Shown here piece after piece: positions 47,713 to 56,700 of a stretch of DNA of 64,000 nucleotides (position 1 is its first letter; every line of letters begins with the position of its first letter). Both the position numbers and the translations under genes were made by a program. The notes under the pieces were generated by a model, which was not told where the DNA came from, did not search any database, and saw only the letters and a program-made list of their open reading frames with translations. The DNA is taken from positions 16,693-80,692 of the IMG/VR virus record IMGVR_UViG_3300048924_000605; one strand, written 5' to 3'. This stretch comes from a virus.

Positions 47713-47981
47713 GCCGACGCTCCTTGCGCAGCCGCCGCGGCGCGCTCGCGCTGCGCCGCCAGACGCAGGTCGTTGCTGGGGATGCGCGCGTTGTCGGCGG
47801 TGGAGGTGCGCATGGACTCGGACTCGTACAACTCGATGTCCTCCAGGCGGTACTTCACGCGCCGGTCGACCAGCTTGAAGAACGGCGGGCCGATCGCTTC
47901 GGTGCGCCAGCGCGCCAGTGTCTCGGTCGTGACGTCCCAGCGCGCAGCGAGTTGTTCGGTCGTCAAAGAGTTGTCGTTCAT
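47709..47981 (-). CDS. Excisionase/AlpA-like HTH protein
   Basis: LTTEQLAARW.V...TLARWR...GP.F.K...RVKYR. Confidence 0.85.
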   Translation of the reverse strand: MNDNSLTTEQLAARWDVTTETLARWRTEAIGPPFFKLVDRRVKYRLEDIELYESESMRTSTADNARIPSNDLRLAAQRERAAAAAQGASA

Positions 47982-48060
47982 GGGAAGGTTCTCGTCGTCG
48001 ACGTGGTGCTGTCGGGACGAAAGACTGCGCGAAGACGAGCACGAAAGAAAAGTAGCAACG

Positions 48061-48144
48061 GCATAGAAACGCGTGGGCCGTTTCTATGCATTTCTATGCA
48101 CGATCAGCGAAACCGCTAAAAACCCGGCGAAACGCGCATAGAAA
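48061..48144. promoter_or_regulatory. Four GCATAGAAA operator-like boxes in the divergent control region
   Basis: GCATAGAAA at 48061 and 48136; reverse complement TTTCTATGC at 48081 and 48091. Confidence 0.7.
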
Positions 48145-48799
48145 TCGATCTGCGCCGACGCGAAAATATTTTTTGCCGAGCGCAATAGCCTGTGCGCTGG
48201 CTTGTAGCAACAGCGCGATGACGGTATCTGTCCAGGTCGACGCGGATGTCGAAGCAGATGCCGAAGCCGATGTCGTCGCGATGACGAACTCGCTCGTCAG
48301 TTCGTGCGTGGCGAGCTGAGGAGACTTAGCCGCGAGCGGAAAAAAATAGAAATCGGGGCCTGTTTCTAGCTAATTTGCATCTGAATCCGAACGAACCGTG
48401 AACTCGCATCCGTGACTTGTGGGGGATGGCGTTCAGTGATGTTGCGCACGACTTCCGCGGCGCGCTATCTTCGTTAACAAGAAAGAAAGCCCACTCGAAG
48501 TGGGCCGCACAATGAAGGACATCACCGATGCGCAATGGACTGTTCCACCACATCGTCGTGGCGGCTTCGCGCAACCACGGCAACCCCCTCCCCCGCTGCT
48601 ACCGCGCGCCGAACATCGGCTGCGTGCGAGACCGGATCGGCGTATGCGCAGGCCTACGCCACTCGATCATTGCCACGCACCCGATAGCGCGCCAGTCGAT
48701 CGACTGATCGACTAGTTCGTTTCGCCCCCTGCCGCACCCCGCTTCAGACCTTCCTGGCCTGACGGGCAGCATTTGCCCCGCAATACCCAAGGATTCCGC

Positions 48800-49729
48800 G
48801 TGCTCAACAGAGTCATCCACTGGTTCGAAATCGGACCGGTCGGCACCCTGCTGCCTTACGACAACGATGCGATGGAGCCGTTCGTAGTAGTCGGTATGTT
48901 GACCGAGCCCAAACGCACCCGGCATGTCGAATGCCGGAGCTGCAAGCTCAGGAAGTCGTTGCAAATCGGCGTGTGGGACGAGCGCACCGTGCAATGCAGC
49001 AGATGCGCGGGCGTGGTGACGCTGGGCACGGAGTACTTGTCGGTCAGCGTAGTCGAAAGCTGGCTGCCGGCCTCCTTGGCGCGTCAAGTCGAGGACCTGG
49101 ATGCTCTGCCCGAGACGCTGATCGAGGGACGCCTGTGGCGCCTGTCCCGAGCCGATGCCTCGCGCACCTGCGTGTACCTGTTGCGAACCGCGCTCCATCC
49201 AGACCTTGCTCCGATCCTTCAGGCGCTGGAGCGCGACAGCGGAACGCGTCGGCGCGTCGTGATCACCTCGTCCCCTCTCGCTTCGCCGCCCAACGGCGAC
49301 CCCAACCAGACCTTTGTCGCATTGAACACCATCTCACACATGGACGTGGAAGGCATCCGCTTGGACACCGACAAGTTCCTGCACCTGCTACGCGAAGACG
49401 CCACGCTGTGGTTCGACCTGCCGCCGCCCTACAACCGGTTAACCCTGGGGGGCGAGTCGCTGGAGCTGCGTCGTAATCAACGCGAGTTCATGCGCTTGCT
49501 CAAAGAAGCGCACGCATCCGGTCAAGCCACGACCAGTTGGCGCGCCCTGGTCGAACGCGCCGGCTACGACACCGATTACAACTACACCAGCATGTGGCAG
49601 CTGTTCTCGAAGAACGCCTCGCGCTTCATTGCTTGGTCCAAAGGCGAAGTGTGGATTCGCCGAGCGCCGGAACCCAGATCCGCCACCCCACGCGCGGGAC
49701 CACCCCGCAGGAAAAAGGACATCTCATGA
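48800..49729 (+). CDS. Putative regulator (Zn ribbon plus C-terminal wHTH-like domain) in repressor position
   Basis: CRSC...CSRC; divergent from the early operon; start uncertain. Confidence 0.55.
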   Translation: MLNRVIHWFEIGPVGTLLPYDNDAMEPFVVVGMLTEPKRTRHVECRSCKLRKSLQIGVWDERTVQCSRCAGVVTLGTEYLSVSVVESWLPASLARQVEDLDALPETLIEGRLWRLSRADASRTCVYLLRTALHPDLAPILQALERDSGTRRRVVITSSPLASPPNGDPNQTFVALNTISHMDVEGIRLDTDKFLHLLREDATLWFDLPPPYNRLTLGGESLELRRNQREFMRLLKEAHASGQATTSWRALVERAGYDTDYNYTSMWQLFSKNASRFIAWSKGEVWIRRAPEPRSATPRAGPPRRKKDIS

Positions 49730-49923
49730 ACGATTCGATACCCGCTTCTGCCCAGCAGCGACTGTTGATGGTCGCCGAACTACTCGCCACCGGCCTGCTG
49801 CGCATGCGATCCAAAAACTCCGCGTCCGCGCGCCGCCCTGTGGACCTTGATAACGCCTCCGAAGAGAGGGTGACTGTCCGCGCCCTCAAACCACCACGGA
49901 GAGACCGACGCGATGTCCATTAA
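49726..49923 (+). CDS. Small protein preceding DUF2924
   Basis: AGGA RBS, ATGA overlap; QRL..VAELLATGLLR. Confidence 0.6.
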   Translation: MNDSIPASAQQRLLMVAELLATGLLRMRSKNSASARRPVDLDNASEERVTVRALKPPRRDRRDVH

Positions 49924-50383
49924 GCCCTTACCCGCAAACGTTGTCGCCCAGATCGAATCGCTCTATCAGATGAAGTGGATCGATCTGAAAGCGATGTGGA
50001 CGGACCGCTTCGGCACCCCGCCGGGCATTAACAATCGACGCTACGTCGAGCGGCGTCTGGCCCATCGAATACAAGAGGACGCCGCGCGCGCTGCGCGGTC
50101 TTCGATTGTCGCCGCGAACGACGATCGCATCCGCCACCTTTTGAGTACCGGAACCATGAAAGCGCAGGACAAGAATCGGCTGCAGCCCGGCCTCGTGATC
50201 ACCCGAAACTACCACGGCGCCCTGCACTCCGTGCGCGTGCTGGGGCAGGACCGGTTCGAGTACCTCGGCAAGCCCTACACCAGCTTGTCGGCGATCGCGC
50301 GCGAGATCACCGGGACGCGCTGGTCGGGCCCGCTCTTCTTCGGCCTCAAGGCAGACTCCGCTTCGGGGAGGAAGACCCGATGA
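49913..50383 (+). CDS. DUF2924 protein
   Basis: RRLAHRIQE, PG.VITR.Y.G..H.V.V, SLSAIAREITGTRWSGPLFFGL. Confidence 0.9.
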   Translation: MSIKPLPANVVAQIESLYQMKWIDLKAMWTDRFGTPPGINNRRYVERRLAHRIQEDAARAARSSIVAANDDRIRHLLSTGTMKAQDKNRLQPGLVITRNYHGALHSVRVLGQDRFEYLGKPYTSLSAIAREITGTRWSGPLFFGLKADSASGRKTR

Positions 50384-50787
50384 CGCCGCCCCGCACCGTC
50401 GCCTGCTACATCCGCACGCCCAACTACCACCCCGACGCCCTGACCCAGCAGATCCGGGTGACGCGGCATTTCCTGCGGACGCAACTGGGCGCCTACGCCA
50501 GCGTCATCTACTGCGACGAAGCCCATTCCGGCACAACACTCGACCGGCCCGGCCTGCAATCGCTGCTGGCACACGTTGAAGCCGGCGGCGTCGAAGCCGT
50601 CGTCGTCGCCGAGTACCAGCGCCTGTCTCGCATCCACACCCAACTGCTCACGGTGCAGATGAAGCTGGAACGCGCCAACGTCGCCCTCTGGGTCGCCGCA
50701 CCGCACCCGCGCTCGTGGGCCGGACTGCCCCGCACCGCGACCCATTCCTTTCTCTACGACGCCCCGATCCCGGAGGCCCGCCCATGA
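50380..50787 (+). CDS. Stand-alone resolvase-like domain, predicted inactive
   Basis: YIRTP in place of YxRVS; SGTTLDRPGLQSLL, RLSR. Confidence 0.75.
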   Translation: MTPPRTVACYIRTPNYHPDALTQQIRVTRHFLRTQLGAYASVIYCDEAHSGTTLDRPGLQSLLAHVEAGGVEAVVVAEYQRLSRIHTQLLTVQMKLERANVALWVAAPHPRSWAGLPRTATHSFLYDAPIPEARP

Positions 50788-51146
50788 CCACCCAGCTGCG
50801 TATCGCCGTCTACTGCCAGACCGCCGTCGCCTCGCCCGACCACATCACCGTCCAGCGCGTCACGCTGGTCGAGACCCTCAACCGCTGCTGCGACGCCACT
50901 CCGATACTGTCGGTCTACGTCGATGACGGCTACTGTGCGCACAGCCAGAACCGCCCCGGCTTGCAGCGTCTCCTGCAAGCCGCGGAAGCGCGGCAGATCG
51001 ACTGTGTCGCTGTGCTTGGCCGCCATCACCTTTCGGCCAGAGCAGCGGACTACGACGAGCTGACCCGCGTGCTGGAGCAGAAGTATCACGTGCAGGTCAT
51101 GGAGTGCGAGCAAGCGCCCGCCCGAATTGTCCGGGGCGCCGCGTGA
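50784..51146 (+). CDS. Second stand-alone resolvase-like domain, predicted inactive
   Basis: YCQTA in place of YxRVS; YVDDG..NRPGLQRLL. Confidence 0.72.
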   Translation: MTTQLRIAVYCQTAVASPDHITVQRVTLVETLNRCCDATPILSVYVDDGYCAHSQNRPGLQRLLQAAEARQIDCVAVLGRHHLSARAADYDELTRVLEQKYHVQVMECEQAPARIVRGAA

Positions 51147-52471
51147 ACGGCCGCGCGCGGCTTCGCTGCGCGGTTTACACGCGCGTCTCCACGGACGAGG
51201 GCATGGCGCAGCTCTACACCTCCATCGACGCCCAGCGCGACGCCGGCGAATCGTACATCGCCAGCCGCAGAGCGGAGGGCTGGGTACCGGTCAGCGACAT
51301 ATACGATGACCCCGGGTTCTCCGGCGGCAGCCTGGATCGCCCTGCTCTGCAGCGACTTCTGGCGGACATCAAGACCGGACGGGTCGACGTGGTGGTTGCG
51401 TACAAGCTGGACCGGTTGAGCCGGTCGCTGCTGGACTTCTACGACCTGATCAAGGTGTTCGATGCCCACAACGTCACGTTCGTGTCGGTGACGCAACACT
51501 TCAACACGACCGACGCGATGGGGCGGATGCAGCTCAACATGCTGCTGGCCTTCGCGCAGTACGAGCGCGAAGTCACCGCCGAGCGTATTCGCGACAAGTT
51601 CGCCGCCAGCAAGCGCAAAGGGCTTTGGATGCACGGGATCCCGCCGCTTGGCTACGACATCCAGGAACGCCGCTTGGCCGTCGTGCCGGCCGAAGCCGAC
51701 ACCGTCCGCTGGGTCTTCACCGAGTTCCAGGCTGTGAAATCCATCCAGAAGCTCGCCGAGAAGGCGCGGCGACTGGGATACCGCAACAAATCGTGGACCA
51801 CGCGAGCCGGTCGATTCCTTGAAGGCAAAGTCCTCGACAAGAGCGGCCTGCACAAAATCCTGCACAACCGCACCTACCTGGGTCACCTGAAGCACGGCGA
51901 TTCCGAAATCACCGACACGCACCCGGCCATCATAGACAAGGCCCTATGGGACGCCGTTCATGTCCTGCTGTCGACCAACTCAGTGGCGCGCGGGAATGCA
52001 ACGCGTTCACGCATCCCGTTTTTGCTGAAGGGCATTGTGTTTGCGGCCGACGGTCGTGCGCTCATCCCGTGGCACACCACCAAGGGAAACGGCCGCCTCT
52101 ATCGTTACTACCAAACCCGCGAGACGATGGAACGCGGTCGACTATCCGAGTCCGTACTTCCGAGACTTCCAGCGAACGAACTGGAAGACATCGTGCTTCA
52201 GCAGCTTCGTGACATCTTCCGACGCGAGGATGTCCTATCCGAGGTGGTCAAAGCAGCGGTATTGAAAGACCCCGCTTTGGACGAGGCGCGGGTCACCGTC
52301 GCCATGCGCCAGATCGACCGGATCTGGGAGTCGCTATTCCCTGAAGAACAATCCCGGCTGGTGCAGCAGCTTATCGAACGTGTCGTGGTCACACACGACG
52401 CTATCGAGATCCGGATGCATGCGCTCGGCTCATCCGCTTCGATCCAGAATCTACTGAGGGATAAGGCATGA
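51143..52471 (+). CDS. Large serine recombinase (integrase)
   Basis: YTRVST, DRPALQRLL, KLDRLSRS, ERIRDK, PPLGY, HPAIID. Confidence 0.95.
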   Translation: MNGRARLRCAVYTRVSTDEGMAQLYTSIDAQRDAGESYIASRRAEGWVPVSDIYDDPGFSGGSLDRPALQRLLADIKTGRVDVVVAYKLDRLSRSLLDFYDLIKVFDAHNVTFVSVTQHFNTTDAMGRMQLNMLLAFAQYEREVTAERIRDKFAASKRKGLWMHGIPPLGYDIQERRLAVVPAEADTVRWVFTEFQAVKSIQKLAEKARRLGYRNKSWTTRAGRFLEGKVLDKSGLHKILHNRTYLGHLKHGDSEITDTHPAIIDKALWDAVHVLLSTNSVARGNATRSRIPFLLKGIVFAADGRALIPWHTTKGNGRLYRYYQTRETMERGRLSESVLPRLPANELEDIVLQQLRDIFRREDVLSEVVKAAVLKDPALDEARVTVAMRQIDRIWESLFPEEQSRLVQQLIERVVVTHDAIEIRMHALGSSASIQNLLRDKA

Positions 52472-52914
52472 CCGATCCTGTCATCCAGATCGGCGGCGCC
52501 GCCGACATCGTTCACATCAGCAACGGCGACACGCTTGTTCGTATTCCGGTGAAGCTTCGGCGCCGTTCCGGCAAGCGCCGGCTGCGTCAAGCCAAGGTGC
52601 AGTGCGCCGAGCCCTCTCCCGACTTGACCGCGCTTCAGGCCGCGCTCGCACGCGGCTTTCGCTGGCGCGATCTGCTGGACGCGGGTGAAGTGGCGTCCAT
52701 GAAAGACATCGCCGAGAGCGAGAGCGTCGACCGCAGTTACGTCGCCCGGATGATCAATATGACGCTGCTCGCACCCGAGCTGATCGAGGCCATCCTGGAC
52801 GACACCGTCCCCGACTGGACGTTGGACGACGTGGCCATCGCTCCACCGGATCGCTGGGATGAGCAGCTAGCTAAGTTCAGCGCGCTCAAGACCAGTTTGT
52901 CCCACTACAACTAA
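52468..52914 (+). CDS. Recombinase-associated HTH protein
   Basis: ALARGFRW..LL..G, SYVARM..TLLAP.LIEAIL.D, P..W.EQ. Confidence 0.75.
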   Translation: MTDPVIQIGGAADIVHISNGDTLVRIPVKLRRRSGKRRLRQAKVQCAEPSPDLTALQAALARGFRWRDLLDAGEVASMKDIAESESVDRSYVARMINMTLLAPELIEAILDDTVPDWTLDDVAIAPPDRWDEQLAKFSALKTSLSHYN

Positions 52915-52950
52915 TCGCTTAGTCTCGAATGGCCACACAAGGAATCAACC

Positions 52951-53607
52951 ATGCCTAACCTCGCTACGATTCTCAAAGCCGAAGTAACACGACTGACGCG
53001 CAAGGAACTCAAGCTCCAGGTCGAACCGCTCCGCAAATTAGTAGGCGAGCAACGTAAGATAATTGCCACGCTGCGCGCCGACGTCGCAAAACTTCAAAAG
53101 GGCATTGCGTCAGGAAGCCGAAAGGCCGTCGCGGCCCAGCGCGCCGAAGACGCTCCTGCAACCCAGGCGCGGTTCTCCGCCAACGGGCTGAAGAAGCTGC
53201 GTACCCGGCTGGGCCTGACACGCGACGTATTTGGCGTTTTGCTGGGCGTGAGCGGCCAAGCTATCTATATGTGGGAGAACGGCCAGAGTCGCCCGCGGGC
53301 GGAGTCGATCCAGAAAATCGCAATCGCGCGCGGCATGACTAAGCGACAGGTCCAAGATCTGCTGGCTCAGCATGCGCCGTCGGCCAAGCCTGTCGTACGT
53401 CGCACCCGGAAGCCGTCCGCGAAGAAGGCTGCTCCGATCGCAGCGAAAAAGGCGTCCAGTAAGACAGCAACTGCGGTGACGAAGAAGGCAGCCCGCAAGG
53501 CTCCGACCGCGAAGAAGACGACTAAGAGCGAATCGCCGCCGGCAAGCAAGCCAAGACAACGCAAGGGCGAACAGAAGGCGAACGGGGCAACCACGGGCCT
53601 ACAATAA
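52951..53607 (+). CDS. XRE-HTH protein with coiled coil and Lys/Ala-rich tail
   Basis: LRTRLGLT...LLGVSGQAIYMWENG..RP; KKAA repeats. Confidence 0.8.
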   Translation: MPNLATILKAEVTRLTRKELKLQVEPLRKLVGEQRKIIATLRADVAKLQKGIASGSRKAVAAQRAEDAPATQARFSANGLKKLRTRLGLTRDVFGVLLGVSGQAIYMWENGQSRPRAESIQKIAIARGMTKRQVQDLLAQHAPSAKPVVRRTRKPSAKKAAPIAAKKASSKTATAVTKKAARKAPTAKKTTKSESPPASKPRQRKGEQKANGATTGLQ

Positions 53608-53611
53608 AAGA

Positions 53612-53639
53612 TGCCCGCCGGTTTCCTTACCGGCGGGCA
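53612..53639. terminator. Hairpin between convergent genes
   Basis: TGCCCGCCGGT/ACCGGCGGGCA stem. Confidence 0.6.
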
Positions 53640-53766
53640 ACCAAGGTGAGCGGTGACGCGGCGGCTGTGCCGAGGAGGCATACCACGGCGCCGCGTACCG
53701 CTCATGCCAGTTTAGCAGGCGGCGATTTTTCGTCCAAGATGCACAGGCCACCTTGTCGCGCTGACG

Positions 53767-56700
53767 CTAGTGCATGATGGGCTTGGCGCGCTGCTCGTCC
53801 TGCTGTCGCTGGGTGGCCTCCATCGCCAGTTGCTGATCGCGCTGCTGGTTCACGATCTGCGTCTCTTTCAGCGTGTCCTGCATATTTGGAACGGGGCCGT
53901 TCGCGGACACCACTGCGTGGAAGCCGGGAGTCACGCTGCCGACCCAGAGCTTTCCGTCTGCGATGCCAACCTGACCCACGCGCTCCATGTCGGGGATGCC
54001 GTTGCGCTTGGCCTCCAGCATGGCCTTGGCCACCACCTCGTCTGGAACGCTAGCAGGGGCGGCGCCCCGGATCTTCGCGAACATTGCTTGGTCGGCAGGC
54101 GATAGGCGCGCCAGTTCGCGTTCTGTTTCCCGCCGATCTTGAGCGGGCTCGCCTGCAAGCTGTCCGTGGACGGCACGCGAATCGACAGGTTTGCCGTGCT
54201 CCGCTTGCGAGTACGACGGTTGCGCGGACTCCCTAGCCCCCACGTCCGCCAGCATGTCCGAGACTTGGGTTTTCGGCGCGGCCACGATTGGGTCGTTTTC
54301 CGGCGCCGCGTAACCCGCCAATGCCGGCGCCGGTGCCGCGCGGACCTCGGCTGTCGGCGTAACCGGCGCGGTTTGCTGCGGCTCGTTAGCGACAACGGTC
54401 TGCGGGCTCTGCCCGTCCGTTGCCTGCGCCGGCTGCCCCTGCACCTTGGCGACTTCGGCCCCGTCGGCCTGCGGCACTGCTTTCTGAGCCTCGATTTTCG
54501 CCTGCTGGGCCACCGCGAGCGCCTGGAGCGTATCGGGGTCGACACGGCCCGTTTCAGCCAGGCCGTGGTCGCGCTGGAGGTGGCGCACCGCGTGTTCCGT
54601 CGCGGCATCGAAATGCCCACGCTCGGGGACTGGCGCATCGTCCGGGCCGCGATAGCCCACCCGCTGAAGCCGGTACTGCAGCAGCTCGACCTCCTGCCCG
54701 CGGTCGCCGCGCTGCAAGGTGCTGTCGTCCGGTGCTGGAGCAGGCGCCACAGCGACCGCGGGCGCAGCCGGCGCCGGTGCGCCGGCCTCCGCGACGTCCG
54801 GTTTTCCCGTCGTCGGCGCCGGGGTTGCTTCTACCGGCGACGACGCAATGCGCGGGGCGGACTCGGCCTCCGCGACCGCCTGCGGCGCAACCCGGGGCGC
54901 CGCGGCGGCCGGCGCCTCCACGGCCGCGCTGGGCGCGGTTTCGGGCTGACGGGGCGGCGCGACAGGGTTGGCCGACTGGGCCGCGATCACCTCAGGTTGC
55001 GGCTGCTGGTCCGGTAAGCCGGAAGCTTGGTGCTCGGGCTGCTGGGGAGGAGCGGCAAATTCCCCGTTGCTTACGGTGGGAGCCTGCTTAGCTTCGGGAC
55101 TTACCGCCGCGGGTGTAACAGGCGCCGACGTGGCCGATGCTACCGGCGCTCCGCTGGAACGGTCCGGCACCGCCTCGGCGTCGCGATGCCCAGGCTTTGA
55201 CGGTGGTTCCAACGGCTTACTAGCCGCCAGATCTACTTCGACGGGTTTCGGGGGTTCAACCGGCGCCTGGTCAACGGCCCGCGGCACCTCGACCTTCGTT
55301 GGCTGTACTGAGCGCTCCGCCGCCACGGCGCCGATGACGATCTCAGGCTCCACGTCTGCACGGCTAGCTGCCGCCACCGCTTCGCGCGCGGTGCCCTGCA
55401 CTTCGTCGCGCGTCAGGCCGACGCGATTGGCTTCCCGGACGACCTGCTCCAGAGCTTCCTGCTGCTTGGGCGACAGGTTGGCGATGCGCAGCTCCGACGC
55501 CTCTGGCGAAGTGGGCGGCGGAGACCGCAGATCCAGCATGGCGAGTTGCACTTCCAACGGGCTCGTCACGGCATGGACCCGGTTCGCGCCATCAGCATCG
55601 CGGCCAATATGCTCGATCGGGCTGTCGATGTCGAAGTTGCCCGCGGCATTGCGTCCGAGGTGCAGGGACGTAGCAAGCGGTGCGACACCCTGCTCGTGCT
55701 GGGTTCGCCTGACAGCCTCCAGTGCGGCCTCCAACTGCTGGGGATTCGGATTGACGTTGTGGACCTTGTAGGTCGCCATCAGATCCGCGCGCTCGATGTC
55801 CTCCAGCGTAGGCGGCTGCCTAGTCGGAATGGCCGCGAGTTGTTGCTCGTGTTGCGCTAACTGCGGCTGCAATGCCGAGCGAGTCCCGTCCAGTTCCGCA
55901 CGCAGATTGCCGGCGGCCACAACAGACTCGCCGTTGCGCTGCCATTGGCCTTCCGCCGTGCGCTGGTACAGCTTGCCGTCGGACGCCACCAGCGAGTCGT
56001 CCTGCAGCGCGGCGTTGATCGAGGCTGGTACGGCGCCAAACCGCTCCCATCCTTCGCTCCGATGCACCATCGCATACCGCGCCGCCATCGGCGCCGGACC
56101 ATTGGCGATGTTGTCGAGGATTGTCTGCTCCGCAGCGCGATTGAGTTCGGCCGCGCGTTCCGAACTGGCCGAATCGATCCGAACCATCGGAACGCCGCGC
56201 TGTTCAAAGCCCACGACAACCTTCCGGTCCCACTCGCCGCTTTGCGGATTGCGCTCCCAATCTGCGCGACGCAAGCTGGGCGGATCGGTTTCCGCCGCGG
56301 CTTGTGAGTATGGGTTGCGCGGCGACTCCAACTTGCCGATCGCGAGCTCCGTGGCCGAGTTGCTCGCCCGGTAACTCAGTTCATTGGCCTTCTCCGGATC
56401 GGCAGAAAATGCCTGCTTCACCGGGTTGTTCTGGCCGTCCTCGCTCAAATCGCCCAGATCCTGGCGCACCCACTGCCGTCCATTGGACTCCCAGGCAACG
56501 CCATCGCGGTCGGTCTGCTTGAAGGTCTTGTAGCTGTCCAGCACCGTGGCGACATGCTCGCCTACGTGCGCGCCGGCCACGGCCGCACCGCCGACTACGA
56601 TGAAGCCGACCACGCCGGGGCCAGTTGCCGCAGCACTGGCGACGACACCCGCTGTCGCGCCTCCGATCCAACCGCCTGTGCCGCGGGCGGCGTAGTGAGT

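Larger units (their letters stand above)
2538..52914. mobile_element. Prophage (siphovirus, lambda-like head, serine integrase), ~50 kb; exact att sites not found
   Basis: Continuous tail, lysis, head, terminase, methylase, replication and recombinase modules. Confidence 0.92.
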
